The notes beneath the pieces are model-generated. The model did no database searches and had not been told where the DNA came from. It worked only from the letters and a program-made list of their open reading frames with translations. DNA of 64,000 nt from Antedon mediterranea (taxonomy: Eukaryota; Animalia; Echinodermata): the NCBI RefSeq assembly GCF_964355755.1, contig NC_092680.1, positions 16,625,045 to 16,689,044 of the forward strand. The letters are read 5' to 3'. The translations under genes and the position numbers were made by a program. Positions 51,034 through 64,000 of the stretch are shown piece after piece. How positions within the stretch are numbered: position 1 is the stretch's first letter; every line of letters starts with the position of its first letter.

Positions 51034-52909
51034 TTATACATTTTGGAGTCAAGAAACAAGAGATACTGTATAAGGTCTGTAAGATAGACGAACAATACTA
51101 CACTGTGAGTTCAGGGGCATCTATCTAAAATTAGTGCAATTATGAGTTCATACAATATCCACTGCCTTGTTTATGTGAGCGAAAGTAATCTGTATGGTGT
51201 ATGGTACAATATCACTGGAAAGTAGATGCTTTTAAATATATAATTATTTATAGGCAAATAGAAAATACATCAGTAACAATTTTACTTTCCACCAGATTCT
51301 CGTTACTGTATCTAGATTTTTCTAGTATCATGTGAATATTCTGTAATACAGCATCACATGTGTTTCACATGTATCGTCTAGTATCACAAACCCATGCCAT
51401 AAGCTATTGGTAAAATATTGTCGTTAATTTAGATAACGTTATTGTTAATAAGTATGTGTTTGTGAATGTTTGGAGTCATGAATGTACCCATATCACGTTT
51501 GCATTGTGACGTCCGTCTGATATATAATTTATTATATTTATAGCAAGATAGCCATCACTAATTATTAGTCATCAAAAATATCTTTCACATCTTTTCACCC
51601 ATTATGGTTTAGTGTGTACTCAACTGTATATAAAGCTATTTGGAAGGGCGTCTTCAAGTCTTCTTTCCGCTTTCTTTCTGCTGTCTTTTACATTCTTTTT
51701 TACATTACAATCTGTTTTAACGTAAAAAGCTATAAATATTCGATGTACATAAATTTCAACGCATAAAATATTAACCACTTATCAAGGTACGTAAAAATAA
51801 TTATGCTTTAAATTACAAGTTTATGTAGCGTATATTAAAATAACCGGTCATTAAAGTTAACCTAGCTAGCTTCATCGGTGTGTCGTTGTTGTCTGATAAA
51901 CAGTGTATTACATGGAATAGTGGTAAAAATGCAATGTGATGATGATAACGAATTCGATCATAAACCATCTCGACCAAAGTCAAGTCGGCCACGCGTCAAG
52001 TTGGCCCTGCATCAAATCGGCACCATGACCAGTCGGTCTAAAAGTCAAACATATATGACAGTAACAGTGTTTTTGTCGTGCCTATAATAGTACATGATTA
52101 TTTAAAGGAGATACCGCAATATGGGTTGCTACTGTAGGATGATAACCAGTCAAATAATGACGTAACGAATATAATAATATATTCTTTGGTCGACAGACTA
52201 ATGAAGAAAGATGTAGGCTATAAAAGGCATTGACGTATTTTTTATTATATTTACTGCTTCAATAATAATACGGTTCAATATAAAATGTACATCGACCACG
52301 CAACGAATTATATAATTTAATTGTTCGTTGAATATTTATAAAGGCAACACATTAGGCATTTTCATTGTCGTCATCAGTAAGTTTGCTTTAAAGGAACAGT
52401 TTCCTCTGGTGATTTTTTCTTGATAATTATTATTATTTGTATAGCATTGGATGACTCGATTCTCCGTTCGGAAGACACTAGACCGATTCTAACTGACTAT
52501 CATTTAGATATGAGTCTAGTTGTATGAAATAATTTTAACATGTTATACATGTCTGCTTTCTAACCTCTAACATGGTTAAACATGTTGAGACTTTTGTGTG
52601 ACGCGATGGACGTGAATCTGCGCGACCAAAAACCAACATGGGCAGTGCGCAGCTGTCTGTGGCCTAACTGCTCTGTTTTGCAACAGCAGATTTATCGAAT
52701 AAAATAGACTTATTCGTTAAATATACTTTCCTTATAGCATGGCTCCACTGGTGTTAAAATGTTGGCATCTGTCTATCTTTTCATGAGTTAAATTGCCTTT
52801 TCTATTTATCAAGTCATGATAGATTCAATTCAATTCAGTTTATTTTAGAAAATATCTAATCTATAAGAAGTCTACACAATCATAGTAGTCCAGTGTAAAA
52901 CATGCTTAA

Positions 52910-53096
52910 AGCGTGATTCCCACTAGCGACATAACGTAACGCATCGCTACTACGTGCTGTATTGCGTAATCACAAGTGACCTACGACGCAGCCAGTGCTG
53001 CAAACATCGAAGGTGGGGGAAAACAAAATGATTGGAAGGGCGTTTTCTTACTTTGCATAGGTTGCGTTACATTACGTCGCTAGTGCGAACCAAGCT
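52910..53096. mobile_element. MITE family 1, subfamily b
   Basis: agcgtgattcccactagcgac ... gtcgctagtgcgaaccaagct. Confidence 0.85.
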
Positions 53097-53234
53097 TTAG
53101 GTAAGTCGCAATAAAATTATTATTCTATTTTATGTTTTATTCATGTTGTACTAGTGTTTATGTATTAGAAAAATATGACAGATCTGAAGGTCTTATGATG
53201 CAAGTAAACCCCGTACTAAAACCTGAAGAAGTTA

Positions 53235-53434
53235 GGCTTGGTTCTCACAAGCAATGCAACGTAACGCAACCAACGCAAGGTAACAAAATGGCCTTCCAAT
53301 CAATGTGTTTTCCCCCGCCTGCGTGAAATCAACCATACGATGTTTGCATCAACTATCGGTTCCCGCTTGTGATTACGCAATACAACGCGTTGCGTCGATG
53401 CGTCGCTGCCTTGCGTTATAGTGGGAACCACGCT
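53235..53434. mobile_element. MITE family 1, subfamily b, opposite orientation to 52910-53096
   Basis: ggcttggttctcac ... gtgggaaccacgct; internal ccttccaatca...ttccccc. Confidence 0.85.
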
Positions 53435-53671
53435 TACCTAGTGCGTAGCAGCGTAACGGCGCTTAGGTTAAAAAACGAAGAGACTTGTTTTACCTACTTC
53501 TTTTTATCGAATGTCTCACTTTTATTTCCATATACACATTTCTTCATCTATTTACATATATTTTTCAATACACTTTTTATCATCAGTTTACATACAATTT
53601 ATTTTAAAGTTGTATTCACTTCTTTACACATTATAACATTTTCCATTGTTTTTTGTTTTTTTACCTACTTG

Positions 53672-53904
53672 TTGATAGCCGAGTGGTTAGGACACTTGAC
53701 TGTCATACAGATAGACCCGGGTTCAATTCCCGACAACTCCCAGTCCACTCAGCTGTAAATGAGTACCTGGTTGAAAATACTAGGGAGAAAAAAGGCGGCG
53801 TGGAAAGGAACTGGCCACCCTACCACATAATGCCGAGGCTTAGTACAATGAGCTCCTAACAGCTCATTCCCCTACGTTCAGAGAACACTGGACTCACCTT
53901 TACC
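53672..53904 (+). mobile_element. tRNA-derived SINE family 2 (Asp-like GTC loop), 15 bp TSD
   Basis: A box tagccgagtggt, B box ggttcaattcc, gtccactcagctgtaaatgagtacc core, (ttacc)-type tail; TSD ttttttacctacttg. Confidence 0.9.
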
Positions 53905-54246
53905 TTTTTTACCTACTTGCATTTAAAGTGGTTTACGTCGCTTGTGGAAATAAGTTAACACAAGATTCAGCACCATTTTGATGACTTGATATTCCTTTAA
54001 ACAAGACTGTTCAGGCAGCCGTGATCACATCAAAGTATTTTCCGGTTGAAATTAATTATCAGTGGAGAATGGCGGACATGGTAATTAATCAAATAATGAA
54101 TGATAATCGTATATCTAAGCCTCTGGACAATCGTCAACTATAGTTTCCTTGTATTACAATTAGTCAAATTGTAAAAACATAACCAAGTGTAAGTAGAAGG
54201 AAAGAAAATTATATAAACAAGTTAATGTTAGAGTAATTATGTGTAA

Positions 54247-55556
54247 CTAGATGCTACGGTCGCTTCGCTCGCGTACCATCTAGGTCGTGTCCACAGATGG
54301 TTCTCAAATACACAGTAATTTCAGCATCAAAACACTGGCGATTTCCAACGTACGTAGGCCTACCGCAGGACTATAAATACATTGTCGTTTTCAGAAACGA
54401 ATAAATAGACACGATTATTAATGTAGTCAAATAAAATTAGCACTCTGGGAATTAGGCCTACTTCCGAAGGAGAAACTTGTCTTAAAAATGAGTTCAAATA
54501 AAAAATTTGAACTCATTTAAGCAAACCCAATTTGTGTTTTGTATACAACATTAGAGTTGAGGGATGGGGAAGAGGATGGGAAGAACAATTTTTAAATATA
54601 TTCTTTATCCACTAAGTAACGAAATATTGTTTTAAATGTTTTATAGGCCTATCAAAAATATAACACTAAACACAGTAAAACATTTACGATGTAATACTAT
54701 TTTTAAACTGTCCCTGTTATAGTTGATTGAAATAGTAAAGTACATGTAACGATACACCACTACGACGTATATATTTTGTATAATTATTAATTAATACAAA
54801 CGTTGAGAAGTAACTGCCAGTAATAACGTTTTTATTTGTATTTGTATATTTATATGTGTTTATAATATAAATATATATATTATTATTATATATTATATCC
54901 AGCAGTAGATCCTACCCACAGTCACAGTAATAAATGTTCTATGTTTCGATTCAAATGGCGACCAAAAATGGTTAATACGTATTTACAATATTGCAATATT
55001 ATATCTCAGTTGTTTTTTCTCCAAGGGCCCATAAATTTACCTACTTGTGTTAAACCAAGGGCTAATAAATTTACCTACATACTGGGAGTCTGAGAGATTG
55101 GAATGTTCCATTCATCGAAAATCAATACATTTGTATAAACGTATATTAAATCTATCAAAATAGTATTTTTTTAAGAAAATTCAAATTCAACATTGTGATA
55201 CTGTGCTCGGGCTGTTCAAGTGGTTTTCAGCTTTTTAAAACAATTATCATAGGAGGAGATAGGAAAATGCGAAGCATCCTTGTATTATTGTGTGCAGGTA
55301 TTTTTCAAGAGGACATTCATTAGACAGTGTATACCACGATTGGAAAACACCCCTATTTGGGGCAAATCGTTGAACCTAAATTCGTTTTAATTGTCAATAA
55401 CTAATTATCTAACTCAATTTAATTAGTAAACAGGGTTACATCAGGTGGTTAAAATCGGTACCGAGATTCTAACCAACTTTATATACCATTTAGTAAACAT
55501 TCTAGAAATAACGCGCGATTTACCGAATTTTGCCCTTACGTAAATGTATATATAGA
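54247..55556 (-). mobile_element. Non-autonomous Helitron (1.3 kb)
   Basis: The minus strand begins A|TCTATATATAC and ends with a GC-rich subterminal hairpin region (tacgcgagcgaagcgaccgta) then CTAG|T. Insertion is between A and T, with no TSD. Confidence 0.8.
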
Positions 55557-57061
55557 TACCATACGTACAGGACAGCGAGGAACCGATTTGTTTGGACTGT
55601 ATGAACATAATTGTACTTTTTTGGCGGAATTACAAATCAGATAATTTACGTATTTATTTACTTTTTATTTATGTGTACACACATCTTGATTCACTCAAGA
55701 AACAGCCCATCGAATAGACATAGTTAGTTTGGATTTAAAATCCATGTTAAAAGAATATGGTTAGGATTGTATCTGAGCATACATAACAAAATTACACGCA
55801 TGCCACTTGCGAGGCAAATGTGATTTAGACTTTTGATTATCAGTTTTCTATCGAAGCGCGCAAACGAGGATTTTTGGCGTACTAATGGTTGCTGACCCTC
55901 AGTTAAGTGGTGGTGTAAATAACACTTACAATATCCATATTATTGGACATTTCATAATTCTCTTCTAACTGTTAGACAATAATTGAGTAAATGGTGTATA
56001 TATCACGTAACAATTGTTCTCCATAATTAAATAATACCACGTTATCTACCTAAAACCCTTCTGTTATTAACATAAATCATCAGTAGTCTGAAATGAAAAT
56101 TAATGCCTTGTATTTTTTTCTTTTCATTGACTTTCACAGAAAACACATAATATCGCGTCAATGACACTGTTATTAGGCCTATAATTGAATTATTCTTTTT
56201 TGCCAACGATCTAATGTATTTATGACGTAATTTTTGTTTAATGATGACGATACGCTCGAGTGAGTAAGCCTCCCATGCCCAATGTTTCTATGATTGCAAT
56301 TGAAGTGATTTTTTCATCTATTTTACCTGACATTTCTATATTAATCTTTGATTAAACAACTAGGAAGGAAATTCTTTCGTATCTGTTTTTTTTTGTGTCT
56401 TTTTTGCGTTGGCAACTCGTTAAAATTCAATGTATTGAACAATTCTTCAAACCAGTGGACCACGCGTGACTAAGAAACGATATAATAATGTTAGCAACTT
56501 CGTTAGTATGTTCAGGCTAAATTATTTTACTTGAGTAAGTTGGTTTCTAGAGCGCAATTATCGCGAACTTCGGTGGGTAAGACACCAACTTACCCGACTA
56601 AAATAACTAACGATAATGTTCATTGAACAGATTCGGACCGTTTGAACACACGGAATCAATATAATTATCTCTGTAACATGCGATGGTTATTTATCTTCTT
56701 TTTTTTTTTTGGAGAAACATCAAATTTTTATTATTTTAATTATTATTATTACTATCGATTTATAAAATTGCAGTTTAATTTTATTAGCTCGTATCTGTAA
56801 GTTTGAATTGTTATAATTTGCAATGCTGAATAGCATTTACAGAGAGACGCCAATTAAATTGTCCATGAAATATGTAGGACGATAATGGTATTGTATTATT
56901 GTTAATTAAACTTACAATGACAATGAATTATAAATTGTTTAGATTATACAATAAGGTAATCGTAAATTAATAATTAATAAGTATAAATTATATTTTGTAT
57001 GATTACCTAAATATAGCAATACATATAACAATTGCTTATTATAAATCAGAAGTTACCCTAA

Positions 57062-57351
57062 AGCTTGGTTCCCACTAGCGACGCAACGTAAGAAAATACC
57101 CTTCCAATAATTGTGTTTGCCCCCGCCTGCGTGAAATCAAACCTGCGATTTTTTTAGCATTGTTGCGTCGTCGGTTCCCACACCACTAGAACGTAACGCA
57201 AGGACGTAAACGCAACGCAAACGTTTTAACCAATGACAAGCGAACTTATAGACAGTTAGCAATCACAAGCGAATAAGCCATCGCTTGTGATTGGTCAATT
57301 CATTTGCGTTGCGTTACGTCCTTGCGTTGCGTCGCTAGTGGGAACCACGCT
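57062..57351. mobile_element. Chimeric MITE family 1 (subfamily b 5' part fused to inverted subfamily a)
   Basis: 57062-57180 matches the 53235 copy; 57182-57351 is the reverse complement of 39715-39893. Confidence 0.85.
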
Positions 57352-58409
57352 TTAAAGAGCAGTTACGACTGCAGTACGTTATACGTTGTACTCGCGCGAA
57401 AAGCGGCCTTCCGCCGCGGCCGTTGGGATACGTTTGTGTCCTGTGGATGGCTACTCCAGATATAAAAGATTATCTGTAGTGTTGTATATTCCAATGGATG
57501 GGTGGTGAAAAAGAAATATGAAAACAAGAACCTTTGTTGTAGTTTATTGTACAAATATGAAAACACATACGATAGCTTATACTGTAGTAAAATAATACAT
57601 TTAAGCCTAATACATAAATAACACAAAAAAAACTGCACCAGCAAATACAGTATCGTTCGAATATAATAATAATAATAATAATAATAATCCTGGCACCACC
57701 ACTGTACTTACGGCTGCTGCCAATAACAGTATGTACAATTCTTATGGCGCTAATGTAGTTTCGTACCCATCCCTTATAATTACTCACAATTGTTTCAATA
57801 CTTTATCCAACCTACTCATGGGTTTTCTACAAAATCCTTTAAGCATACAATTGTAAAAAAATCAAAAAAAAATCGATATTTTGTTTATTTATAACTATTT
57901 ATTTTTTAATCAATTGAGCACCCTTCAGAAATCCATCGCCAGCTTAGATTCGTGAAAATCATCGATACGGGAAGAACAATGCTGCTGACCATAAATGTGG
58001 AGTGCCGTGGGCTCGTTCATTTAGTTGTTTAATTAAGACATGGAACATATTGTGAAATAGGACGAAGACAATCTCTCACAATCTGATAAATTTTCAAATA
58101 AAATTGTGGCACATTAACTACCTATCTGTACATGTTTTTGAAAATATAATGTTATTTCAGAAACCGAAGCGTGGAATAAATGGAATATACATAATCAAAC
58201 CATTACTACAATTTCGAACATTAAGTTTATAAGAATTCATTTTATACAGGGAACTAAATTAGAATGTTCAATTGCAGTAGTCACTCATATATTTGCAGAC
58301 CAATGTGTATGTAAATTAATCATAGTAATAAAAATGATACATGCAAACAATTTAAGTCGATTGCCAAAATAATGCAGCAAATGTTTTATATTTAAAGCTG
58401 ACGCCCATG

Positions 58410-59094
58410 GACATACACTTCGTTTTCAGGTTACATGGCAAGTCTCCTAGACACACCATAAGTGTTGAGGTTACATGTCAAGTCTCCTAGACACACAATA
58501 CGTGATGAGGTTACATGTCAAGTCTCCTAGACACACAATACGTTTTCAGGTTACATGTCAAGTCTCCTAGACACACAATACGTGATGAGGTTACATGTCA
58601 AGTCTCCTAGACACACAATACATGTTCTTATTACATGACATGTCTACTAAACACACAATACGTGATGAGGTTACATGGCAAGTCTCCTAGACACACAATA
58701 CGTGATGAGGTTACATGTCAAGTCTCCTAGACACACAATACGTGATGAGGTTACATGTCAAGTCTCCTAGACACACAATACGTGATGAGGTTACATGTCA
58801 AGTCTCCTAGACACACAATACGTGTTTATGTTACATGACATGTCTACTAGACACACACTTCGTGATGAGGTTACATGTCAAGTCTCCTAGACACACAATA
58901 CGTATTTATGTTACATGACATGTCTACTAGACACACACTTCGTGATGAGGTTACATGTCAAGTCTCCTAAACACACAATACGTGATGAGGTTACATGTCA
59001 AGTCTCCTAGACACACAATACGTGTTTATGTTACATGACATGTCTACTAGACACACACTTCGTGTTTAGATTACATGACATGTCTACTAGACAC
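58410..59094. repeat. 40 bp minisatellite (about 17 units, two variant types)
   Basis: cgtgatgaggttacatgtcaagtctcctagacacacaata and variant cgtgtttatgttacatgacatgtctactagacacacactt. Confidence 0.96.
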
Positions 59095-60948
59095 TCTGTT
59101 AAAATCGGTAACTCTTTGATTACCCCATCACCTACCGCTCGAAACCTTGGAATTACCTTCGATTCCGTCTCCAACTTGTCTGCTCATGTTGACAAAGTGT
59201 GCAAATCTGCAATGAATTCCATGCGCAAGAAAATTGGACATGTTCGAAAGTATTTAGACCCTAAATCGACAGAAATATTTGTCCATGCATTTGTTTCATC
59301 CAGGCTAGACTCTTGCAACTCTATTTTTTGCGGGCTTTCAGTTAAGTGTTCTGAACATTGCTGCCCGTCTGCAGGTTCTTCGCATCCCAACATGTCAAAA
59401 CATAACACCAGTATATAGGCCTACTGGAACATCTACATCGGTTGCCAGTTGAGAAGAGAATAATGTTTAAAATTCTTCTCATTACTTTCAAATCACTTCA
59501 TAACATGGCTCTAACTTTTCTATCTGATATCAATTCTCCATACAAGCCAAAACGAACTTTGAGGTCATTATCTGAGGTTTTACTCAGGCCTATACCTACA
59601 CGGCCTTCAACAAAATTGTATGTACAGCGTGCCTTTTCGTGGTCAGCTGCTGTTCTCTGGAATGCCCTTCCAAATTATATCAGAAAAGCTGAATCACTCA
59701 CCACATTCAAACAACTCCTGAAATCCGGGTGTCACGAAACCTCAGACCACGAAAGCTCAGACCCCCTAAGACCTAAGATCACGAAAGCTAAGACCCAACA
59801 CCTAAGATTACAAATACTAAGATATACTACAGCTTAAAAACAATACTTGTTTATCCATACATAATTTTAAACACAGTAGGTTTCATTTATTACCATAAAT
59901 ATAATTTAATACTACCGCAAAACATAGATAAACTCACATTATTTTCGCCCGTTGAGTAAATGTATATTTTTTCTTTACAACAAACAAACTTGACGGGTTG
60001 TTTGTTGGTATATATTTACTCCATTGTGTTGGTTCAGAGGATGTTTTTCTTACGCACCTGCCTTTCTTGTATTTTGACTCCAAATTTGTTGACTAACTTT
60101 ATCCTGAACACCACACTTTAAAATTAGGACTTATAAGTACTTTCAGAAGGAGAAACACATAATAACAAATAAATAAATCCTTTAAATTGATGATTTTACA
60201 GATGTGTTTCTTTGTACTGTATACTGTAATGACAATGTAACTCTCCTCGAGCTCCCCATGCTCAATGTTTTTGTTTCTATGGAGCGCCAAAAGAGCAACA
60301 ATAATAGTACAAGTATAAAAACAGAAAGAAAACGAAACAAAAAAACTTATCATGATTTTTAAATTAAAATTTATTTGCCAGTATTTATTTCTTCGTACTT
60401 GCATGATTATACTATTATCATTACAATTTTAATTTTACATTGTTCCATCCACACTGTAGATGGACTCCACAGAGTTTTCAGCCCTCTATATAATTTTTGC
60501 TCTTTTGACGTTCCATAGAAACAAAAACATTGAACATGGCCCATGGGGTAGGCCTACTGTACTGTAGGCTAGTCATTTTGTGTGCGAGAAAAACGTCTGT
60601 AAAATCATCAATTTAAAAATGTATTTGTTACTTTTTATGTGATTCTTTTTCATGAAAGTGCCAATTCTAAGGTGTGGTATTCAGAATAAATGTTGGGAGT
60701 TAAAATACAAGGCAGGTGCGAAAGATAAATATTTGTAATCTTAGGTGCTGGGTCTTAGCTTTCGTGATCTTAGGTCTTAGGGGGTCTGAGCTTTCGTGGT
60801 CTGAGCTTTCGTGACACCCCCTGAAATCCCGCCTTTTTAATTTGCATTTTCTTTAGTTTTTGCTCTTCTGTTTTCTGTTGATTGTTCAGCGCTTAGCGTC
60901 CTGCATTTTGCGCTATAGTCAATTGAACATTATTATTATTATTATTAT
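59095..60948 (+). mobile_element. 5'-truncated L2/CR1-group LINE, interrupted by a DNA element at 59727-60819
   Basis: ARNLGITFDS, RKYL..FVHAFVSSRLDSCNS, HRLPVEKRIMFKILLITFK, RAFSWSAAVLWNALP..FKQLLKS. The reading resumes LKSRLFNLHFL* at 60821-60856; (att)n tail. Confidence 0.9.
59727..60819. mobile_element. Mutator/foldback-like non-autonomous element, 9-10 bp TSD
   Basis: About 90 bp TIR gggtgtcacgaaacctcagaccacgaaagctcagacc...; TSD cctgaaatcc; additional inner inverted repeat at about 60050-60310 vs 60483-60722. Confidence 0.93.
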
Positions 60949-61477
60949 AGACGCATAGGCTACAAAGTGTTTATGTTATTGGTAGACATAATTACGTATT
61001 TAACATTTATTCAGCATTTATTAGTTTCTATCAATGGTAAAAACAATACAATAAAAAAGTGATAATATAAACACAATTGTATCTGTTTATTTGATTCTTT
61101 ACAATTAGTTTCGGTCTATTCTACAATCCACTAAGTAATGTGACTAATATTAGATAATGTATTCACAATTGTTTTCAGTAATGTTTTACAGTTATTAAGA
61201 TCCAACTAAATGAATTACTTAATGTTTCACTTGTTTAATTGTTATCGCTATAAATATGACATATACAACTCCAACTGCAGACAAAGGGAATAATTCCCGC
61301 TGAGGATTTTAAAAGTAAGTGCTGTTGGATAAATCCAAAACAATTGTGTGTAAATGTGAATATTATGAAAACAGTAAAAACAAACTCACATTCTAATCAA
61401 TCAGTATTAAACATTGATGTTGGAAATAACCTTTAGTTTGTACACCCCTATGTGGTAAAGGAGTAGGCCTAGTTTAT

Positions 61478-61728
61478 ATTTTTATTTATTTTTTGTTTAA
61501 ACCATATTTAATGAGGGTGATCCATCCAGCTATTGCTGATCATTAGGGACCCTCAGAGGTTCACAAGACAAACATATACACAAGATGCTCTACATAAACA
61601 AAGTCTTATTACAAGTCTTTGGGAGTGGAGTAATTTGGTCCTTAGAAAAAATCCTGATATATGACGGGACTTGAACCCAGGACTCTTGGAGTGGTAGCCA
61701 AGCATCATAACCACCAAGTCACAACTCC
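61478..61728 (-). mobile_element. tRNA-derived SINE family 3, copy 2
   Basis: Paralog of 34457-34712; B box gggttcaagtcc on the minus strand. Confidence 0.85.
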
Positions 61729-61786
61729 ACTTATTGAATATCCTGTGACCCACAATCCTCCAATCAAATCATAAGAATCTATGTGT

Positions 61787-62036
61787 CAGGAGTTGGATAG
61801 CCGAGTGGTTAGGACACTTGACTGTCGTACAGATAGACCCGGGTTCAATGCCCGACAACTCCCAGTCCACTCAGCTGTAAAATTAGTACCTGGTTGAAAA
61901 TACTAGGGAGAAAAAAGGCTGCGTGGAAAGGAACTGGCCACCCTACCACATAATGCTGAGGCTTAGTACAATGAGTTCCTAACAGCTCATTCTCCTACGT
62001 TCAGAGAACACGGGACTCACCCCCCCCCCCCCCCCA
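61787..62036 (+). mobile_element. tRNA-derived SINE family 2, copy 2
   Basis: Near-identical to 53672-53904; TSD ctatgtgt; the tail is a poly-C run. Confidence 0.9.
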
Positions 62037-62695
62037 CTATGTGTTATAATGATCGTGCTCTCTGACGGTCGCAATGTAACGAAAATGTTTGTAGAACTTT
62101 ATCTTAAAGGATTTGAATAATAGGAATGTCAACCCTAACGATTTTCAGCCACTTAGAACGCAATTAATTATTTTATTATAGTTTATAACAACATTTTAAC
62201 TGTCACTTCTACCCCAGCCCTTAGATGTTGTGAACTAATGCTGATTTATGTTGATAACAAATGACACATAAAATGTTATGTTATGAAAAATGAGGATATT
62301 AAAAATGAGAAACCTCCGATAAAAAATATGTTTAGTGCGTGTGTAATTGTTAAAAAAATATTTAGTGTAGGTATCTGATATGACACTTAATGAATAGTGC
62401 TATTGATCGAATGAATAAGAAACTGATAAATGGGGATATCAAATTAATAGTTACATCAAAGCAAAGCAAAGATTACATCTAGCATATTTGGTATTTTAAA
62501 AATAACAATATTTACAAAATGTAATTTACTGATGAAATTGTATATTCATTTAGTTTAAGTGTATACATAATGAATGATGTAAGTGGTTCTATGTACGTTG
62601 TATGTTTTATAGTAAATTAGATTTAAAAGTATAATAGCGCTTCGGCAACCACTGAAACAAATAGACCATGAAAATAAGAACATTGGCATAGATGG

Positions 62696-64000
62696 TACAC
62701 TTCTAATAGATGTGTGGTAGCTTCTCGTATCTTCTGCGACTACCACTTCTAATAGATGTGTGATAGCTTGTCGCATCTTCTGCAACTACCACTTATATTG
62801 GATGTTTGGTAGCTTCTCGTATCTTCTGCGACTACCATTTATATTGGATGTGTGGTAGCTACTCGCATCTTCTGTGACTACCACTTCTATTGGATGTGTG
62901 GTAGCTTCTCGCATCTTCTGTGACTACCACTTCTATTGGATGTGTGGTAGCTACTCGTATCTTCTGTGACTACCACTTCTATTGGATGTGTGGTAGCTAC
63001 TCGCATCTTCTGTGACTACCACTTCTATTGGATGTGTAGTAGCTACTCGCATCTTCTGTGACTACCACTTCTATTGGATGTGTGGTAGCTACTCGCATCT
63101 TCTGTGACTACCACTTCTATTGGATGTGTGGTAGCTTCTCGCATCTTCTGTGACTACCATTTATATTGGATGTGTGGTAGCTACTCGTATCTTCTGTGAC
63201 TACCACTTCTATTGGATGTGTGGTAGCTACTCGTATCTTCTGTGACTACCACTTCTATTGGATGTGTAGTAGCTACTCGCATCTTCTGCGACTACCATTT
63301 ATATTGGATGTGTGGTAGCTACTCGTATCTTCTGTGACTACCACTTCTATTGGATGTGTGGTAGCTACTCGTATCTTCTGTGACTACCACTTCTATTGGA
63401 TGTGTGGTAGCTACTCGCATCTTCTGCGACTACCACTTCTATTGGATGTGTAGTAGCTACTCGTATCTTCTGTGACTACCACTTCTATTGGATGTGTAGT
63501 AGCTACTCGCATCTTCTGCGACTACCACTTCTATTGGATGTGTAGTACCTACTCGCATCTTCTGCGACTACCACTTCTATTGGATGTGTAGTAGCTACTC
63601 GCATCTTCTGCGACTACCATTTATATTGGATGTGTGGTAGCTACTCGTATCTTCTGTGACTACCACTTCTATTGGATGTGTAGTAGCTACTCGCATCTTC
63701 TGTGACTACCACTTCTATTGGATGTGTGGTAGCTACTCGCATCTTCTGTCACTACCACTTCTATTGGATGTGTAGTAGCTACTCGCATCTTCTGCGACTA
63801 CCATTTATATTGGATGTGTGGTAGCTACTCGTATCTTCTGTGACTACCACTTCTATTGGATGTGTGGTAGCTTCTCGCATCTTCTGCGACTACCACTTCT
63901 ATTGGATGTGTGGTAGCTACTCGTATCTTCTGTGACTACCACTTCTATTGGATGTGTGGTAGCTACTCGCATCTTCTGTGACTACCACTTCTATTGGATG
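62696..64000. repeat. 46 bp tandem satellite (at least about 28 units, runs off the window)
   Basis: Unit ttctattggatgtgtggtagctactcgcatcttctgtgactaccac with an exact 46 bp period; the left edge units are more diverged. Confidence 0.97.

Noticed and set aside
53672-53745. Functional tRNA-Asp gene
   Set aside because: Poor acceptor stem, continues into a shared SINE body, has TSDs and a second copy at 61787.
58410-59094. CRISPR-like 40 bp repeats
   Set aside because: Head-to-tail units with no spacers, in a eukaryotic context.
62696-64000. CRISPR-like palindromic repeats
   Set aside because: The sequence between the palindromic arms is the same in every unit, so it is a satellite.

Overview
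AT-rich animal genomic DNA with spliceosomal introns. An invertebrate deuterostome such as an echinoderm is inferred from the SINE and gene content, not proven. Two host genes are supported: a synaptotagmin-4/11-type gene on + (coding exons 8774-9609, 13135-13261, 13664-13968; first coding exon not located) and a single-coding-exon somatostatin/allatostatin-C-type GPCR on - (44528-45853). The rest is a dense patchwork of non-autonomous mobile DNA: several PIF/Harbinger-type MITE families, Mutator/foldback-type elements with 9-10 bp TSDs (including a three-level nest whose empty site is preserved in a nearby duplicate), a complete non-autonomous Helitron, 3' fragments of L1/Tx1, RTE and L2/CR1 LINEs, several SINE families, and tandem arrays (ATC microsatellite; about 103, 38, 40 and 46 bp units). 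The least explained structures are short elements whose internal junction is the reverse complement of their joined ends, and a pair of about 600 bp inverted repeats bounding 11.6 kb. There is no CRISPR array or prokaryotic system. All coordinates and alignments were read by eye.
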